In this document: positions 8,310 to 16,626 of the stretch, piece after piece
Layout: each line of letters opens with the position of its first letter
Position numbering within the stretch: position 1 is the stretch's first letter
UHGV virus genome: UHGV-0099331
Reading direction: 5' to 3' (one strand)
Origin: a virus
DNA: 18,860 nt
Notes under the pieces: model-generated
The model's database searches: none
What the model was told of the DNA's origin: nothing
What the model saw: only the letters and a program-made list of their open reading frames with translations
Position numbers and translations under genes: made by a program

Positions 8310-8971
8310 GCGTTAGTTTCTCCACAGTCACGACACGCCACGGCGCCCGGAGCTGCACACTCGCGGGCGTCATTACTTTCTGAAATGCAAAAGATTTTGT
8401 AGACCAGTGCTGCATGCTCCTGCAGCTTCGAAATTGAGAGATACAGCTCGTCGTTAATTGCTGTCTTCTCATGCGGTTCCACCACACCGTCTTCGATTGC
8501 CGAACGAATCTGTCTGGAATAACTGCCAATCTGTTCAATGACTTCCAGCAGGCGCTGGTTAATATCGGCGTTGTCCACATCCTCGACGTCAGGAAGAGAC
8601 ACAAAGACGCCATTTGCAGACTGCGCCACAGCGTCAGCAATGAAGTGAGTTCCACCAGCACGTTGCAAAATCATTGCCCATCCCAGCGGGAAAATCTGAT
8701 CGCCATCGGCACGAAGGCGGTTAAATAATGCGTTTTCTGTTACATCCAGCCAGTCAGCTGCTTCAGCGTAACCACCCGGCAACGCTGCGATAGTTTTTCT
8801 GACAGCTTTCACGTACCACTCAGGCTGTTTTTCTACTTTCCAGTGATGCTTACCCACGGTTAGCCTCATCGTTCTGTGGTTTCTGTTAATCGATTTATCC
8901 ATTAGATTTTTCATAAAGCTCAGGTTTAAATGGCAACCGTCCGCAAGTTCTATATGCAGCTTCTGCTGCAC
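8306..8971 (-). CDS. cII-like / YdaT-like regulatory protein
   Basis: ORF immediately downstream of the cro-like gene in the PR operon. The N-terminal extent is uncertain because the track ORF overlaps cro by 77 nt; internal ATGs at 8914, 8902 and 8869 are alternatives. Family call is by position and weak recollection. Confidence 0.5.
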
Positions 8972-9095
8972 GTCCTTTTGGAATTAACTGGCCCGGACGG
9001 TTTCGCCACTGATAAACGGCTTCAGTTGTTATGCCGAAAAAAGCAGCAACTTTCTCAATACTGCCGAAGTAGCTTTCGATATCGTCAGTTGTCAT
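8895..9095 (-). CDS. Cro-like repressor (YdaS/Cro family HTH)
   Basis: 66 aa; divergent from cI across the operator region; HTH segment VAAFFGITTEAVYQWRNR; GGAGG Shine-Dalgarno. Confidence 0.75.
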   Translation of the reverse strand: MTTDDIESYFGSIEKVAAFFGITTEAVYQWRNRPGQLIPKGRAAEAAYRTCGRLPFKPELYEKSNG

Positions 9096-9105
9096 ACGCC
9101 CTCCA

Positions 9106-9172
9106 AACTAAGTTTTATTAGATGCTAATTACAAATCTATCTTTGGTCAATAAAAACTAAGATTACTTAGCA
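9106..9172. promoter_or_regulatory. OR-like operator region between cro and cI
   Basis: Two inverted-repeat sites with shared half-sites: CTAAG-N4-ATTAG (9109-9122) and CTAAG-N4-CTTAG (9157-9170). Confidence 0.5.
9122..9150 (-). promoter_or_regulatory. PR-like promoter for the cro operon
   Basis: Minus strand: -35 TTGACC (9145-9150), 17 bp spacer, -10 TAGCAT (9122-9127); the 9109-9122 operator overlaps the -10 and start region. Confidence 0.45.
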
Positions 9173-9192
9173 ATTCAAGAAATGGTGCTCCT

Positions 9193-9819
9193 ATGGAAAC
9201 GGTTGGTCAGCGTATAAAAGCTCTGAGAAGAGTTACCGGAACGTCCCAGAAAGAATTGGGTAAATTTTGTGGAGTAAGCGACGTTGCTGTGGGGTACTGG
9301 GAGAAAGACATCAATACCCCTGGTGGGGAGGCACTTTCGAAATTAGCGAAGTTCTTCAATACGTCAATAGATTACATTCTTTATGGTGCTGAGTTTGAAG
9401 GCAAACTCGTCACAAACATGCGCAGAGTTCCTGTAATATCGTGGGTTCAGGCTGGGCAGTTTACTGAGTGCAGGGCAGCAGAAGTGTTTAGTGAAGTGGA
9501 CAAGTGGGTAGATACATCATTAAAGATTGGTGATAACTCATTTGCATTAGAGGTTAAAGGTGACTCCATGACTAACCCTAATGGCCTCCCAACAATACCA
9601 GAAGGCGCAACAGTGATTGTAGATCCAGATGCAGAACCTCGTCATGGAAAAATAGTCATCGCTCGACTTGATGGAACAAACGAAGCTACAGTAAAAAAAT
9701 TAGTCATCGATGGCCCTCAAAAGTTTTTAGTGCCATTAAATCCTCGGTATCCCAACATCCCTATCAATGGTAATTGCCTTATCATTGGTGTAGTCAAAGG
9801 AGTTCAATACGAACTCTAA
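9193..9819 (+). CDS. CI-type prophage repressor (HTH_XRE plus LexA-like S24 peptidase, SOS-cleavable)
   Basis: 208 aa; N-terminal HTH (QRIKALRRVTGTSQKELGKFCGVSDVAVGYWE); VQAGQF Ala-Gly cleavage motif as in lambda CI (VQAGMF); GDSM catalytic Ser and a downstream Lys. Confidence 0.9.
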   Translation: METVGQRIKALRRVTGTSQKELGKFCGVSDVAVGYWEKDINTPGGEALSKLAKFFNTSIDYILYGAEFEGKLVTNMRRVPVISWVQAGQFTECRAAEVFSEVDKWVDTSLKIGDNSFALEVKGDSMTNPNGLPTIPEGATVIVDPDAEPRHGKIVIARLDGTNEATVKKLVIDGPQKFLVPLNPRYPNIPINGNCLIIGVVKGVQYEL

Positions 9820-9835
9820 GACCTCTCTTCTCTAA

Positions 9836-9901
9836 CTAAGGCACCGAACTAAGAAAAGTTTGGTGTTTTCTCTTGCCATAATAACTAAGTTAAGTTAGAT
9901 T
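9836..9901 (+). promoter_or_regulatory. OL/PL-like operator-promoter downstream of cI
   Basis: Three CTAAG half-site occurrences (9836, 9849, 9885-9898 as CTAAG-N4-GTTAG) matching the OR half-sites. Plus-strand promoter -35 TTGCCA (9873-9878), 17 bp spacer, -10 TAGATT (9896-9901). Confidence 0.45.
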
Positions 9902-9989
9902 TTATATCAAAGATAACGAACAGGCAGGACGCCCACGAAGTAGCCGCCTGGGGCATATGAAGTCCAGGATGATTCGTTAGCAACAAAAA

Positions 9990-10054
9990 AGCGCCCTACA
10001 GGACGCTTAGCTCTTTAACAATCTGGTCCCCATCAACAAGTAACTGATAACTTG
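9990..10054 (+). promoter_or_regulatory. nut-like leader: boxA consensus flanked by two small hairpins
   Basis: AGCTCTTTAACAA at 10009-10021 matches boxA (TGCTCTTTAACAA) at 12 of 13 positions. Hairpins at 9990-10007 and 10037-10054. Confidence 0.35.
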
Positions 10055-10066
10055 AGGAGATGTGAA

Positions 10067-10273
10067 ATGCACAAAACAGAACCCAAAATCGTCGCGCCTG
10101 GCTACACAGATGAGGAAATTTATGAGTGGATGACAAAGAAGCTGGCAGCTATAAACCAGCTTCGTGAAGTGCTGTCTTATCGACAGGAAACAATAGACTC
10201 CTTAAAAAAACTGGATCAGGAAATCACGGTTTTATCACAGGATGTTACTTTAGATATTGTGCAGACAAATTAG
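10067..10273 (+). CDS. Hypothetical small protein (68 aa), first gene of the PL-like operon
   Basis: ATG at 10067 with GGAG at 7 nt; AT-rich; predicted helical. Not arginine-rich, so not an obvious N homolog. Confidence 0.5.
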   Translation: MHKTEPKIVAPGYTDEEIYEWMTKKLAAINQLREVLSYRQETIDSLKKLDQEITVLSQDVTLDIVQTN

Positions 10274-10679
10274 GATCCCATTCATTTTCGTCAAAATCAT
10301 CAAAGTGATGAATTTGTGATCTCCAGTCTCGATAATCTAAAAATTTCTGGGCGGTTACGCTTATTTTATCAAGTGTGAGTTCATCCTGAATTGAAAGAAG
10401 AAGTTCATCAAATTTCATCTCATTAATCTGTTTTGGCATCCAGTGATGCTTCATCAGAATAAGGTGAACCAGAGCCTTTTTCCCATTCAACTGATTATAG
10501 GGAGTGCCGAATTTCTTCCGGTGCTCATGTAAGACAAGGTCCAAAAGAGTAAGTAATGTTGCCCTTGATTCAACTTTGCTTATTTCGACTGATGACACTA
10601 CCCCACTGATTTCAATGCCCCGATACTTTCCAACATTTTCACAGTGGGATTTGTACAGCGTATAGATATTACCGGACAT
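10245..10679 (-). CDS. Hypothetical protein (144 aa), AT-rich, convergent with and 3'-overlapping the 68 aa gene
   Basis: ATG at 10679 with AAGGA Shine-Dalgarno. Low GC relative to the phage backbone. No recognisable family. Confidence 0.55.
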   Translation of the reverse strand: MSGNIYTLYKSHCENVGKYRGIEISGVVSSVEISKVESRATLLTLLDLVLHEHRKKFGTPYNQLNGKKALVHLILMKHHWMPKQINEMKFDELLLSIQDELTLDKISVTAQKFLDYRDWRSQIHHFDDFDENEWDPNLSAQYLK

Positions 10680-10963
10680 TTCTTTTCCTTTTGCATTGTT
10701 GGGGATAACCAGATTAACCGAATCCTTGTTGTTGGGGAATAACTAGGTCCACCTCGCCTGATGTGGCTAAAAGCAGGCACATAACAGCTAAGTATTTTCA
10801 ACCAGAGAGAATCCTTAGCGTTGTGGTGAATGCGGCTCAGCGCACGCGGGTTAAGGTTGAGGCTGACAGTCGACCTTCTGTGGATACCCACCCGCCTGGT
10901 GTGCAACCTTCGCCAGGCACCGGGAGGCACCCGGCACCACAACTTTATGCTGTGTGTAGTCTT

Positions 10964-11010
10964 GGCGGTACCAGCTTGTACCCTTGCTTCCGGCTGGTAC
11001 CGTCCTTTTT
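10964..11010 (+). terminator. Strong Rho-independent terminator (tL-like)
   Basis: 12 bp stem GGCGGTACCAGC / GCTGGTACCG(T)CC with a 17 nt loop, followed by TTTTT (11006-11010). Confidence 0.55.
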
Positions 11011-11012
11011 AC

Positions 11013-11098
11013 AAAACAGAGAAGAGCATCACCGGACGACGGGCTCATAACCCAATCCATCCGGGCGGCAGTCACCGCAGGTGTTCTTCTCTGTTTTG
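11013..11098 (+). terminator. Long imperfect hairpin with nested inner stem; second terminator-like structure or structured RNA
   Basis: Outer arms AACAGAGAAGAGCA (11013-11026) and TGTTCTTCTCTGTT (11082-11095), followed by TTTTG. Inner GC-rich stem CACCGG...CCGGGCGG...CACCGCAGGTG. Confidence 0.4.
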
Positions 11099-11147
11099 TG
11101 GAGAAACTAACCGACCTTGCAGGGTCGATATGATGAGGAGCAGCAAA

Positions 11148-11510
11148 ATGGCTAGCGAACGCAGTACTGATGTGCAGGCATTTATCGGGGAGCTGGACGG
11201 CGGCGTATTTGAAACCAAAATCGGCGCAGTTCTCAGTGAAGTCGCTTCCGGTGTGATGAACACGAAAACCAAAGGTAAGGTCTCGCTCAACCTGGAAATC
11301 GAACCGTTTGATGAGAACCGAGTGAAAATCAAACACAAACTCTCATATGTTCGCCCGACTAACCGCGGGAAAATTTCCGAAGAAGACACCACCGAAACGC
11401 CGATGTATGTCAATCGCGGTGGTCGCCTGACTATTCTGCAGGAAGACCAGGGACAATTACTGACTCTTGCCGGTGAACCTGACGGAAAACTACGCGCAGC
11501 AGGTCATTAA
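11148..11510 (+). CDS. yfdP: YfdP-like prophage protein (120 aa)
   Basis: ATG at 11148 with GAGGAG at 7 nt. Protein MASERSTDVQAFIGELDGG... resembles CPS-53 YfdP from memory. The longer track ORF from 10830 runs through the GC-rich hairpin region and is rejected. Confidence 0.7.
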   Translation: MASERSTDVQAFIGELDGGVFETKIGAVLSEVASGVMNTKTKGKVSLNLEIEPFDENRVKIKHKLSYVRPTNRGKISEEDTTETPMYVNRGGRLTILQEDQGQLLTLAGEPDGKLRAAGH

Positions 11511-11575
11511 TATCGTTCTTAATTAACTGATTATTTATCTCATCACTGAATATCTTTATATAGTGAGGACTTATT

Positions 11576-12400
11576 ATGTCTCAGAACTTAGACGCAACCG
11601 CAATTAATCAAATCCATGCCCTTATTTCTGCTCAGGGTGTTAATGAAATTATCAGTAAGATTGGTGCCGATGCTGTGGCATTGCCTGAGAATTTCCGCAT
11701 TCATGATCTGGAAAAATTTAATTTAAATCGCTTCCGTTTCCGTGGCGCGCTTTCCACTGCCAGCATCGATGATTTTACCCGTTATTCTAAAGATCTTGCA
11801 GATGAAGGCACCCGCTGCTTTATCGATGCTGATAATATGCGTGCCGTCAGTGTGCTTAACCTGGGTACTATTGATGAGCCTGGTCACGCAGATAACACTG
11901 CCACTCTCAAACTGAAAAAGACAGCACCGTTCTCTGCTCTGTTGTCTGTTAACGGCGAGCGTAACTCCCAGAAGTCACTGGCAGAATGGATTGAAGACTG
12001 GGCCGACTACCTTGTGGGCTTTGATGCTAATGGTGACGCCATTCAGGCAACAAAAGCGGCTGCGGCGGTCCGTAAAATCACGATTGAAGCAAACCAGACC
12101 GCTGATTTTGAAGATAATGACTTCAGCGGCAAACGCTCCCTGATGGAGTCTGTCGAAGCGAAGACCAAAGACATTATGCCAGTGGCATTTGAATTTAAAT
12201 GCGTTCCGTTTGAAGGTCTGAAAGAACGTCCGTTTAAATTACGCCTCAGCATTATCACTGGCGATCGTCCTGTACTGGTTCTGCGCATTATTCAGCTGGA
12301 AGCGGTGCAGGAAGAAATGGCTAACGAATTTCGTGATCTGCTTGTTGAGAAATTCAAAGACAGCAAAGTAGAAACCTTTATTGGTACTTTCACCGCCTGA
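11576..12400 (+). CDS. yfdQ: YfdQ-like protein (DUF2303 family, 274 aa)
   Basis: 274 aa ORF with a good Shine-Dalgarno (GTGAGGA). N-terminus [30 protein letters not shown] matches CPS-53 YfdQ from memory. Confidence 0.8.
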   Translation: MSQNLDATAINQIHALISAQGVNEIISKIGADAVALPENFRIHDLEKFNLNRFRFRGALSTASIDDFTRYSKDLADEGTRCFIDADNMRAVSVLNLGTIDEPGHADNTATLKLKKTAPFSALLSVNGERNSQKSLAEWIEDWADYLVGFDANGDAIQATKAAAAVRKITIEANQTADFEDNDFSGKRSLMESVEAKTKDIMPVAFEFKCVPFEGLKERPFKLRLSIITGDRPVLVLRIIQLEAVQEEMANEFRDLLVEKFKDSKVETFIGTFTA

Positions 12401-12527
12401 TTTCATTACTGCAAATGCCCCTGCGGGGGCATTTATGGAAACGTAATTAACTCAATAATCACCGGATGGTGAGGGATTCTTTTTACCAGAATTCAGCGCG
12501 GTGCAGCGCATATACGTGGAGAACAAA

Positions 12528-13064
12528 ATGTCATTTATTAAAACTTTTTCCGGGAAGCATTTTTATTATGACAAGATAAATAAAGACGACATCGATATTA
12601 ACGATATCGCGGTTTCCCTTTCAAATATCTGTCGCTTTGCCGGTCATCTTTCGCACTTCTACAGCGTCGCCCAACATGCGGTTCTTTGCAGCCAGCTGGT
12701 GCCGCAGGAATTTGCTTTTGAAGCGTTAATGCATGATGCAACAGAAGCGTATTGCCAGGACATTCCCGCACCACTGAAACGCCTTCTTCCTGACTATAAA
12801 CGGATGGAAGAAAAAATAGACGCCGTAATCCGTGAGAAATACGGGTTACCCCCAGTTATGAGTACACCCGTGAAATATGCCGATCTCATCATGCTGGCAA
12901 CCGAACGCCGCGATCTCGGGCTTGATGATGGCTCTTTCTGGCCTGTACTGGAAGGCATCCCGGCAACAGAGATGTTCAACGTGATTCCACTGGCACCGGG
13001 TCATGCCTACGGGATGTTTATGGAACGTTTTAACGATTTATCGGAGTTACGCAAATGCGCATGA
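12528..13064 (+). CDS. yfdR: YfdR-like HD-domain phosphohydrolase (178 aa)
   Basis: HD-domain metal-binding residues (e.g. ALMHDATEAY). ATG at 12528 with GGAGA Shine-Dalgarno gives 178 aa. Confidence 0.8.
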   Translation: MSFIKTFSGKHFYYDKINKDDIDINDIAVSLSNICRFAGHLSHFYSVAQHAVLCSQLVPQEFAFEALMHDATEAYCQDIPAPLKRLLPDYKRMEEKIDAVIREKYGLPPVMSTPVKYADLIMLATERRDLGLDDGSFWPVLEGIPATEMFNVIPLAPGHAYGMFMERFNDLSELRKCA

Positions 13065-13417
13065 ATGTTTTCGAAATGGAAGGGTTTCTTCGCGGGAAAT
13101 GTGTACCGCGAGATCTGAAAGTGAACGAAACAAATGCTGAGTACCTAGTACGTAAATTCGACGCGCTTGAAGCTAAATGTGCGGCACTGGAAAACAAAAT
13201 AATACCAGTGTCAGCTGAACTGCCACCTGCAAATGAAAGTGTTCTGTTATTTGATGCTAACGGAGAAGGCTGGCTAATTGGCTGGCGTTCTCTCTGGTAC
13301 ACCTGGGGGCAAAAAGAAACCGGAGAATGGCAGTGGACATTTCAGGTCGGGGACCTCGAAAACGTCAATATCACTCACTGGGCAGTAATGCCGAAAGCAC
13401 CGGAGAATAAGAAATGA
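13055..13417 (+). CDS. yfdS: YfdS-like protein (120 aa)
   Basis: Overlaps the yfdR-like stop by 10 nt; GGAG at 8 nt; 120 aa. Confidence 0.7.
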   Translation: MRMNVFEMEGFLRGKCVPRDLKVNETNAEYLVRKFDALEAKCAALENKIIPVSAELPPANESVLLFDANGEGWLIGWRSLWYTWGQKETGEWQWTFQVGDLENVNITHWAVMPKAPENKK

Positions 13418-13629
13418 GCGTGATAAAAACTCATACAGGAATTGTTATTACCCGAAACGGTCCGCAGGTAAAAAAACTGCACCAGACAAAGCGGATGTGG
13501 GTCGTCGGAGAAAACGAGTTTTACCACAAAGAAACCGGACGCCGCCACTTTGCAGAAAATACGCGCCGCCGACTGCTCCTGGACAGCATCAGGCCAATTA
13601 AACAGGTAGCAACCAGAGAACAAAATTAA
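13414..13629 (+). CDS. Hypothetical small basic protein (71 aa)
   Basis: ATGA start/stop overlap with the upstream gene; GGAGA Shine-Dalgarno. Confidence 0.55.
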   Translation: MSVIKTHTGIVITRNGPQVKKLHQTKRMWVVGENEFYHKETGRRHFAENTRRRLLLDSIRPIKQVATREQN

Positions 13630-13690
13630 TTATCAGGACTGAAATTTGATATTACTGCCCGTGTGCAGCGGGTTAAGTGGAGAAACAGCC

Positions 13691-13900
13691 ATGGCAAAAC
13701 TAATGAAAGCGAGCCAATGGGGACGCCGTGAATTCTCTAATGGCTCAATTCCTGACAACCGAACGATAAAACGCTGGGTCGAGAACGGTCTGCTCATGGG
13801 GCGTATCGTGGACGGTTCTGTTTTTGTCTGCGAAACAGAAAAATGGGGAGTCGACTCAATGGTTAGTCAAGCTGTTCGCAAGTTAATAAATGAGGGATGA
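13691..13900 (+). CDS. Excisionase (Xis-like)
   Basis: Small ORF immediately upstream of int, with its stop overlapping the int start (ATGA). ATG at 13691 preceded by GGAGA. RTIKRWVENGLL...DGSVFVC resembles lambda Xis (RWVRE...DGREYLF). Confidence 0.6.
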   Translation: MAKLMKASQWGRREFSNGSIPDNRTIKRWVENGLLMGRIVDGSVFVCETEKWGVDSMVSQAVRKLINEG

Positions 13901-15081
13901 CCATGGCGGCAAGGCCACGTAAAAAAGAATACAGACATCTTCCTGATTATCTGGTTTTTGATAAAGATCGAGGTGTTTATAAATTCACACTTATTACCGG
14001 AAAAAAGAAAAATATAGGTAAGGATCGGGCAATAGCCGTTGCAATCGCCAGAGAGTACAACCTGAGGATGCGATCAGAATTATACCCATCAGTGGATAAT
14101 CTTATTAGAGAATCTGGCGGGGTCACCGGAGAAGCAAAACCATTTGCTGAACATGTCGATCACATAATGGCCAGAATTATCGAAGACGAACGACCTTCCC
14201 AGAGTACCTTAGATGACTGGAAAAATGACGCTCTACGCGTAAAAGCGTTTTTCGTAAATGTTCCGGCATGCGATATCGAACTTGAACACGTTAATGCCTA
14301 CATCAACAAATATCATGCCAGCGCATCCGCAAATGTGCAGAACAGAAAGGTCAGCTTTCTTAAAAAGTTGTTCTCTTATGCGGTCGATGAATCACTAATG
14401 CAGGATAACCCGGCCATCAGAAAAAAAATGCGTAGGACTGATGAGAAGAAAAGACGGCGCCTGTCACTCGAGCATTTTATAGCTATCAGGCAGGCCGCTG
14501 CACCATGGTTAAGAACAGCAATGGACCTAGCATTGCAGACTACACATGCACGACTCGAAGTATCGCGAATCCGTTACTCAATTCGCGAACCTAAAGACGG
14601 TTTATGTGGATGTGTTTGGTTCGAACAACCACAAAATGGCATATATGGTACACTATACATCCATAGGCAAAAAGTACAAAAAAAGGAGGCATCACATGTT
14701 GCAATACCAATTGGTGAAGAATTGAAACGGATAATTGACAATAGCCGTGACAATGTGGCCAGTCCCTTTGTCGTTCATAGAATCCCAGAACGGCATGTTA
14801 AACGCAGTAAAGAGGTTTCGCACCCAACTCAAGTTGCACCAGATTATTTGAGTCGGTCATTCTCTTCCGTGCGAGACAAACTCGGACTATGCAATCATCT
14901 AGCAATGGAACAAAGACCTACATTCCATGAAATAAGAGCTTTGGCAGCTCACCTATTTGATAAACAAGGGATTGATCCGCAGGGACGAATGGCACATAGC
15001 GATGCGAAATCTACTAAAATTTATACTAAAAATCATATAGATTGGATTGTTGTCCCTCATGGAGAAATTAAAACCGGTTAG
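13897..15081 (+). CDS. Tyrosine recombinase / phage integrase
   Basis: 394 aa; C-terminal catalytic region with HEIR...H and the KIYTKNH tyrosine motif. Confidence 0.9.
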   Translation: MTMAARPRKKEYRHLPDYLVFDKDRGVYKFTLITGKKKNIGKDRAIAVAIAREYNLRMRSELYPSVDNLIRESGGVTGEAKPFAEHVDHIMARIIEDERPSQSTLDDWKNDALRVKAFFVNVPACDIELEHVNAYINKYHASASANVQNRKVSFLKKLFSYAVDESLMQDNPAIRKKMRRTDEKKRRRLSLEHFIAIRQAAAPWLRTAMDLALQTTHARLEVSRIRYSIREPKDGLCGCVWFEQPQNGIYGTLYIHRQKVQKKEASHVAIPIGEELKRIIDNSRDNVASPFVVHRIPERHVKRSKEVSHPTQVAPDYLSRSFSSVRDKLGLCNHLAMEQRPTFHEIRALAAHLFDKQGIDPQGRMAHSDAKSTKIYTKNHIDWIVVPHGEIKTG

Positions 15082-15218
15082 TTATTAAATTCTCCACTTT
15101 ATTTTGACTGACAATAACGGTTGCTAAGGCATAGAGTAAAGCTTAATTTAAAAGGCAGTTCTATGCCCATTTACCATAACTTCTCCCTTGTCCAGAAAGC
15201 AATATTTATTAATAAAAT

Positions 15219-16175
15219 TTATTTACCCTTATTATACTCTTCAGTAATCTTATTCATGGATGATATATATTTATCCAGCCCACCATAGTTGGCTATCATT
15301 CGAAATGAATTACGGTACTCTGCCATTTTCACATCATGATTAGTAATTCCACACCAGCCACAAACTTTATTTTCCATGTTTAAAGGCTCATAACATTTTT
15401 TACATTGCCTTGATGCAGGTATTATATTGCCATTAATAAATTGGTGTGATTTGAGATTTTGAGATAAAAGAAATGGTGTAGTTGTTGTTTTTCCTATTAC
15501 CATTTCGAAATATCTACATTTAGCCTTTTTAGCTAAAGATTGAATTTTCTGCTTTAATAAATCATTTGATTTGTGCCCAACTATAACTCCAGTTATACAA
15601 TTAATCGGTACCGGAAGGAGCATAAGATTGTCATTCAGTTTAGTAAGTGCTTTCTCATTAATTATTACGCGACGTTCCTGCTCATAACTCCAGCAAGTTT
15701 GTTTTGTCAAATATGCGGCTGTCATTATACAGGATTGTAGCCAGTAGATATAACGAGGTTTACAGATATGAAATGCTCTCGCCAGAATGTCTTCAATACC
15801 TGTATCTGGAGAATCTTTATATTCAACATCTGCTATTGAACTATGATCCTGGAAGCCGATTTCATCCAAATACTTTTTAAACTTCTCCTCATTAATCTCT
15901 ATTACAAAACCAGAAGAATTACCTGCATAATGTGCCCACATAGGTGGTATCACAGGGCTTTTCGTAAAACAAGTTGCTGGTTGTTTTGTAACCATGCCAA
16001 TCATTTCATTGTAAAATGCTAACTCATCAGAACCGCGATTAAAATCAATAGTAAGGAAAAACTCATAGGGATCATTATATTCATGTAAATGAGAGAATTT
16101 TATTCCTATATGTGTTTCATCCATCATCAATTTATCAATTATATCCGCTCCCATAAACTTATACAAATTGGTCAT
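15219..16175 (-). CDS. DUF2971-like protein with C-terminal zinc ribbon (cargo gene, AT-rich)
   Basis: ATG at 16175 with AAGGAG at 6 nt (318 aa). Motifs LYKF...FSHLHEYNDPYEF, CFTKSP...MWAHYAG and CWSYEQERR fit my recollection of DUF2971; C-terminal CKKCYEP...CGWCG. Markedly AT-rich. Confidence 0.6.
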   Translation of the reverse strand: MTNLYKFMGADIIDKLMMDETHIGIKFSHLHEYNDPYEFFLTIDFNRGSDELAFYNEMIGMVTKQPATCFTKSPVIPPMWAHYAGNSSGFVIEINEEKFKKYLDEIGFQDHSSIADVEYKDSPDTGIEDILARAFHICKPRYIYWLQSCIMTAAYLTKQTCWSYEQERRVIINEKALTKLNDNLMLLPVPINCITGVIVGHKSNDLLKQKIQSLAKKAKCRYFEMVIGKTTTTPFLLSQNLKSHQFINGNIIPASRQCKKCYEPLNMENKVCGWCGITNHDVKMAEYRNSFRMIANYGGLDKYISSMNKITEEYNKGK

Positions 16176-16261
16176 ATACAACTCCTTTTTTATAAAATAA
16201 CATTTTAAATCATATGATTATGGAGGCACAAAATCCAGTAATTAGTTTTCAAGCCTGTTGT

Positions 16262-16626
16262 GATGTAGTTCGAGGACAAACTGAAACGTATTATTGATAA
16301 CAGTCGCGATAACGTTGCCTGCCCGTATATCGTTCACCGTATACCGAGCGTAATAACAAACGCAGTAAAGAGGTATCCGCACCTGCCTATCTTAGCCATA
16401 CTTTTCATTGCCCCGTGATTCGTTAGGCTTGTGTAATAATTTGACGATGGAGCTGCGCCCCCACATTCCACAAAATACGCGCACTAGCTGCATTTTGTTT
16501 GATAAACAGGGAGTAGACCACAAGGGCTTATAGCCCACAGCGACGCGAAATCAACGAAAATTTATACGCGGAACCATATGATTGGGTAATGCTTCCGCAC
16601 GGTGAAATTAAATATAATGCATAATA
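16262..16626 (+). pseudogene. Integrase 3'-end remnant (degraded duplicate of the int C-terminal region)
   Basis: DNA-level similarity to int 14716-15081: shared blocks GAAACG-ATTATTGA-AA-AG-CG-GA-AA, AAACGCAGTAAAGAGGT, GCGA-GCGAAATC-AC-AAAATTTATAC and GAAATTAAA. The conserved stretch translates as KLKRIIDNSRDNVA (int has LKRIIDNSRDNVA); the central part is degenerate and lacks an intact frame. Confidence 0.7.

Noticed and set aside
10763-11050. 95 aa plus-strand ORF in the GC-rich block, considered as a possible N-like antiterminator
   Set aside because: It begins with GTG and has no Shine-Dalgarno, lacks an arginine-rich motif, and is fully covered by strong RNA hairpins. More likely non-coding.
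10830-11510. 226 aa track ORF extending the yfdP-like gene upstream
   Set aside because: The N-terminal extension runs through the GC-rich hairpin/terminator block and lacks a ribosome-binding site. The internal ATG at 11148 has a strong GAGGAG Shine-Dalgarno and gives a 120 aa product.
12413-12434. 9 bp hairpin AAATGCCCC-tgcg-GGGGCATTT after the yfdQ-like gene, considered as a terminator
   Set aside because: No U-tract on either strand and the downstream yfdR-like gene is probably co-transcribed; it may be an RNA stability or processing element, but evidence is insufficient.
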